Source of the DNA: a virus
Lineage: Duplodnaviria; Caudoviricetes
Virus record (IMG/VR): IMGVR_UViG_3300037493_003821
Span: 1-58,277 of that record
Direction: 5' to 3' (one strand)
DNA: 58,277 nucleotides
The position numbers were made by a program, and so were the translations under genes. Positions 45,077 to 55,115 of the stretch are shown here, piece after piece; the stretch's first letter is position 1, and every line of letters begins with the position of its first letter. Under the pieces are notes generated by a model. It saw nothing but the letters and a program-made list of their open reading frames with translations, did not search any database and was not told where the DNA came from.

Positions 45077-47594
45077 TTCACCCGCAGACACGACAATACT
45101 CAGCGTTCAAACAGTTGACTCCAAGGGCAAAGCTCCGAAACGCAGGGTAGCCACTACTACCGCTGCATGGTCGGCATACGTGAAGGCGCGTAACGCCAAC
45201 ATGAAACGGGATCAGCGGTTTGCGGACATTGCAGGCATCTATGCCGGATTCCCGCCAACGCCACCAGCGACACAGGAGGCAAACGGGCAGGCGGATATGC
45301 CCAACATCAACACCAAGCAGTTTCAAGCTAAGGTGGACACCTACCGCTCAACGTGGATGGCTATGGCGGCACAGGGAGACGGGTATGCGGAGGTAATGGC
45401 TGAACACGACGACTCGATGGAAGCGGAACGGCGCGGCAAAGTTATCACGGAAGAAATGAACTCGGCAATCCGCCGATGGGACAACCCTGATTTCGAGCAG
45501 GGCAATCAGTATATCCTAGAATCGGCAGCGCGAGATACTCAGATGGGACTTTTCGGTATCGGCATCGCGTTCTTCCCTGATTCCATAGACTTCCGGTTCA
45601 AGGTGATTCCGACGCGCAGGGTGTTACTCCCGGAAGGAACCCGCCTTTCAATGGACAACTGTTCAGCAATGTGGATCGAGGATCAGATTTCAGTGACAGA
45701 CCTTTACGGCAGATGCGGCATGGCTGGATGGAACGAGAAATCAATCCTCCGTAATCTCTATGAACACGTAGAGCTAACGTCGCAAACCAGCCAGCGCAGG
45801 TTCACATACAGCGAATGGGTCAATCAGATTCGCAACAATGACGCATGGCTTTTAAGCGAGTTTCTTCCGATTCGACTGATTCATATGTTCACCAAGGAGT
45901 TTGACGGGAGCATCACGCAAGTCACATTTACTGACCTATTCGGCACAGGACGCGCCGACGAGACAACAAAGGACGAGGATGCCAACTCGTTCATCTACGA
46001 AAGAACCAAAATAGCGAAACGCTGGCAGCAGATTATCGTTCCGTTTGCGGACAATGCAGGGCCGGAAAACGATTGGCACGGAGTAAAGGGATTTGGCGAT
46101 CTCATCTTTGACGGATGCCACTTGAACAACCTGATGTTCAACAGGGGTGCTACGGGAGCCGTGCTGACGAATATGCTGATGTTCAAGGGAATGTCGGAGT
46201 CAGACACGCAAAAGCTGGATCAGATCACCCTATCAAACCTTGGAATTATGGCTCCGGGATTGGAAATGGAACAGCAACGGTTTCAAGCGGACATCGAAGG
46301 TGCGCTGTCTATTGTCGGCATGGGTAGTCAGTTGATTGCAGAGAATACCCGCATCAGCCCGCAGAACGACAAAACGACAACAGGGGAGCAGCCAACAGCA
46401 ACACAGGTAACAGCGGACAGGGCAGACAGGGCGCAGTTCTCCACGTTGCAGATTATGGTGTATCGGTCAGTCGGACTCGATGTGCTTTTCAGCGAGATGT
46501 ATCGCAGGCTGGCGCAACCAGCGAGCAAGTATCCCGAATCATGGGGCGGCGGCGAAGTCGCAAAACGGTTCCGCGACAGATGCAAGAAGCGCGGGATTCC
46601 AGAGGGCGAATTGATGGATGTGAAGTGCGTTCGCGCCAACCGCAACATTGGCAGCGGCGACTTGTCGCTCGACCTGATGAAAGGCAAAGAACTTATGGGC
46701 GTAGCAACTCCAGGCAGAGGGCAGCTAAACGCCAGAAAGGAAATCGTAGCCGCGCTCAAGGGAGTGGAAATGGTATCGGCATTCGTGGAGGAAGAAGAAC
46801 CGCAGCCCGGACAGGATGCAGTTCAGATTGATAACGAGAACAACCTGATTCATCTTGGTCAGGTTCCGATTGCCTACGGATTCCAAGATCAGGAGCGTCA
46901 CGTATCAAAGCACATGGAATTGCTCTCGCAAGCATCGCAGGTGGTTCCGCAAATCATGGAGCAAGGTGTCAACCCGCAGAACCTAGAAGGCGCGAAAAAG
47001 CTGAACATTCTCATGGACGCAGGAGTGCAACACGTAGGACAGCACGTTCAACTCATGGCTTCAATTCCACGCGCAGGCAATCAACCCGCGCTCTACGAGC
47101 AAATGGTTGCCGCAATCACCAAGCAACTGCACAACCTGCAACAGTTGAGCACATCGCTGGCAGAGGACATTCAGAAAGCCGACGTTCAGCAGCAGCCGCA
47201 GGCATCGCCGGAGATGATGAAGGCGCAGCAGGAGATGCAGATTAAACAGGCGCAAGCTCAACAGGAAATGGCACTCAAGGATCAGGCGCACAAAGCCAAG
47301 CTCGGCAATCTTGCGGTGACAACACAAGCGCGGACTCAAATGAAGTTGTCGGATCATCAAATGACTCAGGCGCAGAAGGACGAACAGAAGCGGCAAGACT
47401 TGCTTCACCAACAGGCACAGGGAGCGCAAGACCTGACTTTTGGAGCGGCAAAAGCGCAACAGGATATTTTGGTAAAGCAAAAGTCCGATGAGATGAAACT
47501 CGCGGCAGAAGCCATTTCGACACGGCAAAACATCGCCAGAAAAGAAGCAATGAGCAAGCCAAAGAAAACCAAGAAACCAAAGAAAACCGAATAA
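45063..47594 (+). CDS. Portal protein (podovirus type, long C-terminal barrel)
   Basis: 843 aa, PTATQV motif, Q-rich coiled C-terminus, first gene of the head module. Confidence 0.75.
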   Translation: MSDNNSPADTTILSVQTVDSKGKAPKRRVATTTAAWSAYVKARNANMKRDQRFADIAGIYAGFPPTPPATQEANGQADMPNINTKQFQAKVDTYRSTWMAMAAQGDGYAEVMAEHDDSMEAERRGKVITEEMNSAIRRWDNPDFEQGNQYILESAARDTQMGLFGIGIAFFPDSIDFRFKVIPTRRVLLPEGTRLSMDNCSAMWIEDQISVTDLYGRCGMAGWNEKSILRNLYEHVELTSQTSQRRFTYSEWVNQIRNNDAWLLSEFLPIRLIHMFTKEFDGSITQVTFTDLFGTGRADETTKDEDANSFIYERTKIAKRWQQIIVPFADNAGPENDWHGVKGFGDLIFDGCHLNNLMFNRGATGAVLTNMLMFKGMSESDTQKLDQITLSNLGIMAPGLEMEQQRFQADIEGALSIVGMGSQLIAENTRISPQNDKTTTGEQPTATQVTADRADRAQFSTLQIMVYRSVGLDVLFSEMYRRLAQPASKYPESWGGGEVAKRFRDRCKKRGIPEGELMDVKCVRANRNIGSGDLSLDLMKGKELMGVATPGRGQLNARKEIVAALKGVEMVSAFVEEEEPQPGQDAVQIDNENNLIHLGQVPIAYGFQDQERHVSKHMELLSQASQVVPQIMEQGVNPQNLEGAKKLNILMDAGVQHVGQHVQLMASIPRAGNQPALYEQMVAAITKQLHNLQQLSTSLAEDIQKADVQQQPQASPEMMKAQQEMQIKQAQAQQEMALKDQAHKAKLGNLAVTTQARTQMKLSDHQMTQAQKDEQKRQDLLHQQAQGAQDLTFGAAKAQQDILVKQKSDEMKLAAEAISTRQNIARKEAMSKPKKTKKPKKTE

Positions 47595-48008
47595 ATGCTA
47601 CAAGAAATTGCAGTCCAACTAAGATTCCTCCAACTCCTTACGCACAACGCGCACAACCTAATCTCAGGAGTCACGTTTCTTGCGGATCATAAGTTTTTCG
47701 GAAAACTATATCCTATTTACGAAGCTGCTTACGATAAAATCGTAGAACGCGCTATCGGGACAGATAAGGAAATCGATCTATCAACCGTAGCCATGAATGC
47801 AGCAGAAATGGTTGAGAAGATGGAAGAAGATAATACGTCCGAAGATTGGTTCTACGCAATTCTCGCAGGTGAGCAAGGGCTGTGCGGCATGGTTGAGAAA
47901 TGCTTCAAAGAATCAAAGAAATACAGTCAAGGAACTTTGAACCTCCTAGCTCAAACTTGCGACGACTCCGAAGCACGCCAATACAAAATGCAACAACGCC
48001 TAAAATGA
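47595..48008 (+). CDS. Dps/ferritin-like protein
   Basis: HNAHNLISG..F..DH.FF..LY......DKIVER. Confidence 0.7.
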   Translation: MLQEIAVQLRFLQLLTHNAHNLISGVTFLADHKFFGKLYPIYEAAYDKIVERAIGTDKEIDLSTVAMNAAEMVEKMEEDNTSEDWFYAILAGEQGLCGMVEKCFKESKKYSQGTLNLLAQTCDDSEARQYKMQQRLK

Positions 48009-48286
48009 CAAAGAAAGAACTCCACTCTCACATCGGCCCGCAGGTTGCCACGATGATTTCCGACACCACGTTTGCGCATCTGCTTGAGTGCGCCCGTGAA
48101 GAAATGACAAACGTAGGCGCAATCACGGATGCCACCAGCATTATAAGAAACGAAGGATATATGCGTGGATGGATTGGCTGCATTGCATTCCTTAAAAACA
48201 TCGGGAAACTGAAAGTTGAAGAAGCCCCGAAACCACAAGTGCAGCTTTATTCCGATCCAATTTCAGACAACAGACCTAAACTTTAA
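48005..48286 (+). CDS. Small head-module protein
   Basis: Between portal and scaffold; RNEGY motif. Confidence 0.5.
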   Translation: MTKKELHSHIGPQVATMISDTTFAHLLECAREEMTNVGAITDATSIIRNEGYMRGWIGCIAFLKNIGKLKVEEAPKPQVQLYSDPISDNRPKL

Positions 48287-48289
48287 TCT

Positions 48290-49417
48290 ATGGAAACTAC
48301 AACCGAAACAACGACACCAGCAACCACACCCGTAATCCCTGCCGCACCACCAGCGGAGGAAAACAAAGGCCCGCTTACGCCGGAACAGGTGGATGCCGTA
48401 GTTGGTAATCTGCTCAAGCCAAAGGTCACAAACCTGCCGGAAATCCAGAAGCAAAAACCAAAGCAGGAAAAAGCTAAAGAGCCAGAAACTAAGGTCGAGG
48501 GTGATGCTGACAAAAACTTTGCCGCGCTCCGTAAGAAAGCAGAAGAAGCAGAGAAGCGTGCAACTGAACGCGAAGCAGAATTGACAAAGGTGCGCGAGGA
48601 ATACAACACCTTCAAAAAGAATCCCGTGCCGAAGGAATACGAGGAAAAGCTGACAGCAGCAGAAAAGCGGGCGCAGGAGTTGCAGGCGAATCTTCGCATC
48701 GCTGACCTTGCTCGCGATCCAGAGTTCCAAGGCAAATACAATAAGCCCATTGAGGCATCCGTGCGCGTGATGAGCAATCTTTTCGTAGAAGCCGGGGCTG
48801 ATGCCGCAGAGATTAAAACTGCAATCGCCACATGGAACGAAGAACAGTTTTCGGATTGGGCAGATATGCTGCCTGCATCTAAGCGTCTCCGATTCAATGC
48901 TGCATACCAAAAGGCAATCGAACTCGATATGCAGCGGAATCAGGAGTTGGCGGATTCCGAAACCACTTGGATCAATCTCCAAAAGCAGCGGCAAACAGAT
49001 GCAGAAAATAATCAGAAGCAGTATCTTGCATCGTTAAAATCTGAACGTAATTCCGTGTTTGCCGAAATTGAAGCAACACACAAAGAACTTCTAGCTGACC
49101 CTGACATCCGTAGGCAAACGGAGGAAATGCTGGATCGCGCAATCGGCGCAGACGGCAAAGGACTATCAACCCGTGATATGCTTTCAAGTCTCGCGCATAC
49201 GCACACCCTAGCGCATCACTTCAAACGTGTAGAAGGAGAACGCGCAAAACTTGCAGAGGAAAATACAGCACTCAAAGCGAAGTTGGAGGAACGTGATTCT
49301 TTCATCAAAGGCGTCAATGGTAGCATCCCTGTTCCAAGCGGCTCTACACCTTCGCACAGCGCGGCTGATTTAGATTCGATTGTCGGGAAACTTCTGCGCC
49401 CAACTGTTAGGGTTTAG
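48290..49417 (+). CDS. Scaffolding protein
   Basis: Low-complexity N-terminus, NFAALR, long coiled coil; precedes the capsid gene. Confidence 0.7.
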   Translation: METTTETTTPATTPVIPAAPPAEENKGPLTPEQVDAVVGNLLKPKVTNLPEIQKQKPKQEKAKEPETKVEGDADKNFAALRKKAEEAEKRATEREAELTKVREEYNTFKKNPVPKEYEEKLTAAEKRAQELQANLRIADLARDPEFQGKYNKPIEASVRVMSNLFVEAGADAAEIKTAIATWNEEQFSDWADMLPASKRLRFNAAYQKAIELDMQRNQELADSETTWINLQKQRQTDAENNQKQYLASLKSERNSVFAEIEATHKELLADPDIRRQTEEMLDRAIGADGKGLSTRDMLSSLAHTHTLAHHFKRVEGERAKLAEENTALKAKLEERDSFIKGVNGSIPVPSGSTPSHSAADLDSIVGKLLRPTVRV

Positions 49418-50150
49418 CTGCAAGGCGTTCGCGCCTGATAGCCCATGCCGCCCGCATTTTTGCGCGTATCTCAGGCGTTGTTCTCCATAGCTTCTTTTTA
49501 GCAATAGTCTCAGGAGAGTGCTTCCTGCCCATTCCGGCTGCGCTTAATTTAGCCCGATGATCGTCGGTTAATGGTTTGCATTTTCGTCCTTTCATGGCCG
49601 CGCTAAGATTCTTCCTATGATCCTCGGTAAAGACCCTTGCTTTCATTTTCTCAATGCTGTCCTGCCTGTGTTTCTTACCCTTCCTTGCCTTGCTCATTTT
49701 AGCTCTCACTTCGTCGGATGCTTTCTTCCCACGGCGGAACTCGCTCATTTTCTTTCGGGACTCTTTCGTGTGTTTTCTTGCCCTCATTTTCACTAAAGTT
49801 TCCTCGCTTCTTTTTACTCCAAGTTGCGAAAAAGCCGTTGGAGAAATGTTTAATCCAAAGTTCCTGTCGGCTGATTTAAGGAAATCAATATAATACTGCT
49901 CTCTTTCAATGCACTTATTTGGTTCACACAATTCCACAATAGAAAAAACGAAAGCATCTTCCCCGTATTTATTCCAAGCGTTCTGCAATAGTGCGCTATG
50001 ATGATTTCCATGCCTTAACTGATGACGATGCATATTCCATCTATGAAGAAAGCATCTCGATGCACTTCCGATGTAATTCCTTAAGGTGATAGTGCAATGG
50101 ATTCGATAAACTCCAGTGAGGAACCGTTCAATTTTAGATGGTGGTAACAT
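49407..50150 (-). CDS. GIY-YIG homing endonuclease with NUMOD3 repeats
   Basis: GVYRI...YIGSA, LQNAWNKYG, EREQYYID, repeated HS/T.E.R.KMS. Confidence 0.92.
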   Translation of the reverse strand: MLPPSKIERFLTGVYRIHCTITLRNYIGSASRCFLHRWNMHRHQLRHGNHHSALLQNAWNKYGEDAFVFSIVELCEPNKCIEREQYYIDFLKSADRNFGLNISPTAFSQLGVKRSEETLVKMRARKHTKESRKKMSEFRRGKKASDEVRAKMSKARKGKKHRQDSIEKMKARVFTEDHRKNLSAAMKGRKCKPLTDDHRAKLSAAGMGRKHSPETIAKKKLWRTTPEIRAKMRAAWAIRRERLAAKP

Positions 50151-50154
50151 ATAC

Positions 50155-50239
50155 AAAAAGGCCTTCGTAGCGTTCTACCCGCACTCGAATAAGCGCGGCA
50201 CTACGAAGGCAAAGTTGGTTTTTTATATCGGTAGAAACG
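50155..50239 (-). promoter_or_regulatory. Terminator/antiterminator leader of the endonuclease
   Basis: GCCTTCGTAG / CTACGAAGGC stem with a T5 tract on the minus strand; complementary element at 50230-50239. Confidence 0.55.
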
Positions 50240-50499
50240 ACAGCCCGCGCATTGCGGATATGCGAACCATAAACAGCGGCATGAAAATAACAACAAAAAA
50301 GATGTTGACCCGTCTTTATTATTCGATTAAACGGACATTCAGCGTAGCACAAATAGTGCAACCAGCGGAGTTTCTAATTCAGCCGTAACAGTAGGTAGTT
50401 TCCGGCGAACTACCAAGAGACAGAAGTTGGAGTGAGGATGAAGTCGCGGTCATCCAAGGTAATCAACTCACTCAACTCAACAACTAACTCTCTAATTAT

Positions 50500-51933
50500 A
50501 TGTCTGAAAGTATCATAGGAAGCATCGGCTGCTCTGCCGACATCTCAAATCATTTCTCGTTGGCCCAACATTATTTGGATCCGATATTCAAACGTCTTAA
50601 CGGACGTAATGGCGTGTGGGATGGGATGATTCCTGACGGCGGGCGTTTCCCCGTTGGATCGGGCTTTTCGTCCCGTGTCACTACACTCGCTCAACAGCGT
50701 CTCGGCTATGAGGACTTGAACCTCTGGCAGGACATGGTGGGCTTGCAATCCGATTGCGCTGTTACCTGCGACCCTCCTAACAAGGTGGTTGATCCCGGCA
50801 ACGCGAATCATCAATGGTATCGCTTGATGAACATCTCCTACAATACTACCCCGTATTGCTTGGAATCCATGTTCGCAGCATCGCTTTCGCTCGATCAGCA
50901 GATTGAGCAAATCTATAAAGACCTCATGTATATCCGCTCGGATGTCATGGATGAGTTCTACCGCAACAATCAGGTTGGACTTTCCGCCTTCCGCTGGATG
51001 GGCTACGACCCTGCCAGCACTCAGGCTGGTTCTCCGGCCCTGCTTAATGATCAATGGCGTTTTGCCACGGATGCAAATGGCATGGTGAACACAAAATACA
51101 TCATCCTCGATCCGACGGTGAACCCGAACAGCATTGCGCTGCTCTCGACTGATATTCTCAATCGCGTCCGTAACTACGGCATCCCGATGGGAACTTTCAA
51201 TCCAGAAGGCGAAATCAAGCTCATTACCGATTACGAAACATTCAGCGCATTGCCGCTGTATGACACCAATCGCCGCGAGGACAATCGCTTCCGTCAGCCC
51301 GTTTCGCTCAATCCCGAATACGTCGCAACCACGCATTATGCTGGTTACGCGCTCAAGAATGACTACTTCGCGCTGCGCTACAACTGGACGCTGACTGATC
51401 CACTCTATCCAGCGGGTGTTCTCAAGCGCGTCTATCAGTGGAGCAACCGAGCAATCAGCGAAGGCTGCTTCTCGCAAACCAATCAGGAATACATTGATGC
51501 AGATTTCAGCCTGCACATTCCTTGGAGCGACATGGATTCAGTCTTTGAAACGCAGAATGGCGAACAGCCGCTCTCCGCTGGTTCTGGCGCAAACTTCGCC
51601 GCTACTGCCTCTCCTTGGGATGGCACATGGCGTTGGATTAACGAAGTGAACGAAGTCACCCCATGCAACCAAGACCGCAACAAGGGTTACTGGCGCATGG
51701 TGTTGAAGAAAGCCGCAAAGCCCCTGATGTTTGGTCAGCGTGGTCATGTGGTTCTCTCACGCCGCTTCCCGCTTCGTGGTGTCACCCGCGCTTGTGCAAC
51801 GCTGCAAGTCAGCACAACCGGATCGGTGGATTGCACGAACAACTGTCCCGCACAGGACTTCTACCCACCAGCCCTTGTTACACGCTACACCTGTGGCGGT
51901 TGGAACAGCGGTGGTTCCTGCGCCTCGGCCTAA
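50500..51933 (+). CDS. Major capsid protein
   Basis: 477 aa after the scaffold, followed by a strong hairpin; called on position and size only. Confidence 0.7.
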   Translation: MSESIIGSIGCSADISNHFSLAQHYLDPIFKRLNGRNGVWDGMIPDGGRFPVGSGFSSRVTTLAQQRLGYEDLNLWQDMVGLQSDCAVTCDPPNKVVDPGNANHQWYRLMNISYNTTPYCLESMFAASLSLDQQIEQIYKDLMYIRSDVMDEFYRNNQVGLSAFRWMGYDPASTQAGSPALLNDQWRFATDANGMVNTKYIILDPTVNPNSIALLSTDILNRVRNYGIPMGTFNPEGEIKLITDYETFSALPLYDTNRREDNRFRQPVSLNPEYVATTHYAGYALKNDYFALRYNWTLTDPLYPAGVLKRVYQWSNRAISEGCFSQTNQEYIDADFSLHIPWSDMDSVFETQNGEQPLSAGSGANFAATASPWDGTWRWINEVNEVTPCNQDRNKGYWRMVLKKAAKPLMFGQRGHVVLSRRFPLRGVTRACATLQVSTTGSVDCTNNCPAQDFYPPALVTRYTCGGWNSGGSCASA

Positions 51934-51948
51934 CTGTAATCGTCCAAA

Positions 51949-51976
51949 CCCCTCTGCCGTCATAGCGGCAGAGGGG
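51949..51976 (+). terminator. GC-rich hairpin after the capsid gene (no U tract)
   Basis: CCCCTCTGCCG / CGGCAGAGGGG. Confidence 0.55.
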
Positions 51977-51998
51977 GATGGGCCAACTCTAAAACTAT

Positions 51999-52337
51999 AT
52001 GGCACTACCTACCTGCAATCCTTGGACAAGCAATACGGTGCGCGACAGTCAGCAAGTCGCCGCCTGCAAAGAAAAGAGCGCACGCGCTGGCGGACAGGAA
52101 CTTCAAGATGTCACGTTCCTACTCACGGTTCTCGATTCGCTTCAACGCCTTGCAGTCATTGGCGCGGAAGGCTTTCAGAACTTGTCCGGTTACAACCAAT
52201 GCGACGGAGAGGCTAACGCCCACAACGCATACGTCCAACTCAACGAACTCAGCCCACCGATACAGGCGAACTCCGCAGAATTGAAACAGTTGATTCTGTG
52301 GCAGCTTGCCAATCCGATGTGCTCACTAGGAGCATAA
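51999..52337 (+). CDS. Putative head decoration protein
   Basis: After the MCP; starts MALPTC. Confidence 0.45.
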   Translation: MALPTCNPWTSNTVRDSQQVAACKEKSARAGGQELQDVTFLLTVLDSLQRLAVIGAEGFQNLSGYNQCDGEANAHNAYVQLNELSPPIQANSAELKQLILWQLANPMCSLGA

Positions 52338-52338
52338 C

Positions 52339-52686
52339 ATGGCACTTCCTACTTGCGATTGCGTCAAGACACAGACACCGAATGAGGTTCAGCAGAGCAT
52401 CTACTGTGCGCTGCTATCCCTCATAGCCGCTTCTGGCGGGGATGTTGGTTCTGACGAATACACTTCTGCTCCCGCTCTCGTAACGTCCAGCGGATCAATT
52501 CCAGCCGGGGTTCTCGGTTGGAGTGTTACCGCGATCTCCGGCACAGTCACCGTCAACGGAACAGCCCTCGCCGTAGGTAATTCCGTCAATGGTGGTGGAT
52601 ATGGCGGGCGCACGCTTAAAACAGCAATCGCTTACACTGTTGCCGCTGCATCCAGCGCACTTGTAACCTACGACACACCAAGCTAA
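52339..52686 (+). CDS. Putative head decoration protein
   Basis: Starts MALPTC; beta-rich G/S/T C-terminus. Confidence 0.45.
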   Translation: MALPTCDCVKTQTPNEVQQSIYCALLSLIAASGGDVGSDEYTSAPALVTSSGSIPAGVLGWSVTAISGTVTVNGTALAVGNSVNGGGYGGRTLKTAIAYTVAAASSALVTYDTPS

Positions 52687-53663
52687 TGTCCGCTGGAACT
52701 AATCGCAGTATCCCGACTCCCGTAAGCGTCCCGAACGGGGGCACGGGATTAGCGGCTGGCACAAGCGGGGGTATCCCTGCTTACACCGGAGCTACAACCA
52801 TAGCCTCATCCGGGGTTCTTGCTGCTTACGAGCTTGTCATCGGCGGCGGTGCGGGCGTTGCGCCGTCCACGACTACCACGGGTGCGGGTGTTCTTGTAGC
52901 GAACATCAACCGCCCTGTATTCGCCACGACTGTCACGGCAGGAGCTTCAACACTAACTCTCACGGTCACAAGCGCGGCCACGCAGGAGTTCACCGGAACC
53001 AATTACCATTTAGTAAGGATGCCAAGTGTTGATACGCTAGTGGCAGGGTGGGCGACCCTGTTCATCAACAAGAGCACCGACACAATAACGATTCGGGCCA
53101 GCGATGATTCAAGTATTATTACAATTCTCTCCGCAGGGCAGTCGGTGTCATTGGTCTGCAACGACATAGCAGGCGGCACCACGGCAGCGGCTTGGGATGT
53201 GGTGGGGCTTTCGCCGCGACTCTGGCTCGCCGCGAAGAAAAGCGGCACACAGACATTGACGGATGGCTCATCCGATGTAGCCACACCATTCCAAACGATT
53301 CTTGGCGGCACCATGCAAAGCGCATGGAACACCGCAACAGGTGAGTTCACCGCGCCGATAAACGGACTTCTTAAAATCAGCGGTTTGGCACAGGGAGAAT
53401 CAGCGGCTTCTGGCGGCGGCTATCAAGAGGGATACTACGAGCTAAGAATCAAGCGCAGCGGCAGTGTGATTGCCTATCTGGTGGCCTGCGTCCCTGCTTA
53501 TAACGATAATTCATCTTACTACTCCTTGAATGAGAATCCCAATAGCTGCGTCGCCGTCACCGCTGGCGACGTTCTCTCCGTCGTTAGCTCATGGAGCGAA
53601 AGCAGCGGAATATCATTAAACCTCAACGTTGAGTCTCAAATTCAACTCGAATACCTACAATGA
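52686..53663 (+). CDS. Fibre protein with C1q-like tip
   Basis: VPNGGTG, T/G/A-rich shaft, GEFTAPINGL..I. Confidence 0.6.
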   Translation: MSAGTNRSIPTPVSVPNGGTGLAAGTSGGIPAYTGATTIASSGVLAAYELVIGGGAGVAPSTTTTGAGVLVANINRPVFATTVTAGASTLTLTVTSAATQEFTGTNYHLVRMPSVDTLVAGWATLFINKSTDTITIRASDDSSIITILSAGQSVSLVCNDIAGGTTAAAWDVVGLSPRLWLAAKKSGTQTLTDGSSDVATPFQTILGGTMQSAWNTATGEFTAPINGLLKISGLAQGESAASGGGYQEGYYELRIKRSGSVIAYLVACVPAYNDNSSYYSLNENPNSCVAVTAGDVLSVVSSWSESSGISLNLNVESQIQLEYLQ

Positions 53664-53932
53664 CACACGCCGAACGAATAGCAGAACTTGCGCCCCGCAA
53701 CAATCTACTCAAAGCATTGCGTGACGCCTACACCAATTTCTCTGACGGGGGAAAATGGGCGTTTGGCGCGGCTTACGATACCGTCGTCAATCACATCCGC
53801 CGTGGAGACATCGCCGCTGCCAAGCTCACCGTCCAGATAATTGCCATTCCTGCCGAAGTGCCCGGCGTTGCAGCGAAGGAGCTGGCAACGTGGAGCGCGA
53901 AGAAAACCGAAATCCTTGCTCTGTTTCCATGA
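53660..53932 (+). CDS. Hypothetical protein (possible fibre chaperone)
   Basis: Coupled to the fibre gene. Confidence 0.45.
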   Translation: MTHAERIAELAPRNNLLKALRDAYTNFSDGGKWAFGAAYDTVVNHIRRGDIAAAKLTVQIIAIPAEVPGVAAKELATWSAKKTEILALFP

Positions 53933-54159
53933 CACTCGAAAACGCTCTGCTCATCGCCGTTAGTTCCGTGACAGGCGCGTTATGTTTTTTGGCGAAAATC
54001 CTCTGGCATCGCAGCGAGCAATGCGAGGCTGACCGCAAGGAGCTGCGAAGCGCAATCGAGTCCGTAAAAACTCAAGCTGGCGAAAATCACGGTATGCTAA
54101 TGGCTTACAGGATGTGTCCCGGAAAGCCTTGCCCCTTTAAGGAATCCATAAACCCATGA
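53929..54159 (+). CDS. Single-TM coiled-coil lysis-module protein
   Basis: N-terminal TM then CEADRKELR coil. Confidence 0.5.
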   Translation: MTLENALLIAVSSVTGALCFLAKILWHRSEQCEADRKELRSAIESVKTQAGENHGMLMAYRMCPGKPCPFKESINP

Positions 54160-54341
54160 ACAAAACAAAACTCATTTCGCTCGTCCTTGCGTTTGCCGCA
54201 ATCCCGCTTTCCGTGGATGCTACCATTATCAAACTTCCAATCATTCCTGCGTCCGTATCTATGTATTGGCCGTTAATCATTGCAGTTGCCTCCGCCCTTC
54301 ACAAGTGGGCATCAACAATACAGGAAAAACCAAAGCCATGA
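54156..54341 (+). CDS. Putative holin
   Basis: Two hydrophobic segments, 61 aa, upstream of the endolysin. Confidence 0.5.
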   Translation: MNKTKLISLVLAFAAIPLSVDATIIKLPIIPASVSMYWPLIIAVASALHKWASTIQEKPKP

Positions 54342-54541
54342 AGCCGAAGTATTCTGCTTCATTTATCCTGCTCGCGATTTTCGCTGTTCTAGCCGCGCTC
54401 CACCTTACGGGCTGCTCCGCTATCCCGTATCGCGTATCTCTCCACTACGGGGTTGCTACGGCTTCTTATGACGGGAAGCGGGTGCTGTTAGATGTTAATG
54501 GGGATGCAATCGGAGAATCATTAAAAGGATATGCCAAGTGA
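54338..54541 (+). CDS. Lipoprotein (spanin-like)
   Basis: Signal peptide with LTGC lipobox. Confidence 0.55.
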   Translation: MKPKYSASFILLAIFAVLAALHLTGCSAIPYRVSLHYGVATASYDGKRVLLDVNGDAIGESLKGYAK

Positions 54542-55055
54542 TGAAATACGCTTGGCGATTCTTTCGCCAGAACAAGCGCGGGATGCCTTGGCTAGGATAG
54601 CCGAGAAGGAAATTGGCGTGCGCGAAATAGGCGGAAACAATCGCGGGCCAAGGGTGCGCGAGTATCAGTTGGCGACTTGGACTGAGCCTGGCGTTTGGCC
54701 TTGGTGCGCTGCGTTCATCTGTTGGATTATCCGCGAGTGGCTAACGTCACCAAGCGTTAAGGAGATTGCGCAATTCCACCGCCCAAAAACCACAGGCGCG
54801 TTTGACTTTATTCGTTGGGCTAAGGACGCAAAATTACAAGTAATGGGCGAGAATGATGCGTGCAGGCGTGGAGACATTGTAGTTTTTGATTTTTCGCATA
54901 TTGGGCTTGTGACAGCAGACAGCGAGCGCGGAGAAATTGAAAGCGTAGATGGAAATACTAACGGCAAGGGCGAACGCGACAGTGAATCTGGCGATGGTGT
55001 TTGGAGGAAGTATCGCCCGCGATCCGATGCTAAGGCTTTTATCCGTCTCGTATGA
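54531..55055 (+). CDS. CHAP-domain endolysin
   Basis: GVRE..GNNRG, PWCAAF, GDIVVF, SHIGLV, DGNT. Confidence 0.85.
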   Translation: MPSDEIRLAILSPEQARDALARIAEKEIGVREIGGNNRGPRVREYQLATWTEPGVWPWCAAFICWIIREWLTSPSVKEIAQFHRPKTTGAFDFIRWAKDAKLQVMGENDACRRGDIVVFDFSHIGLVTADSERGEIESVDGNTNGKGERDSESGDGVWRKYRPRSDAKAFIRLV

Positions 55056-55115
55056 ATCTTATGTCCATTGATATTCCGTGATTGCTTTATTCTAAAAAAC
55101 AACTAAAACACGCTC

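Noticed and set aside
49407-50499. Group I intron around the GIY-YIG gene
   Set aside because: The ORF is antisense, flanking genes look uninterrupted, and I could not identify P7-type core elements
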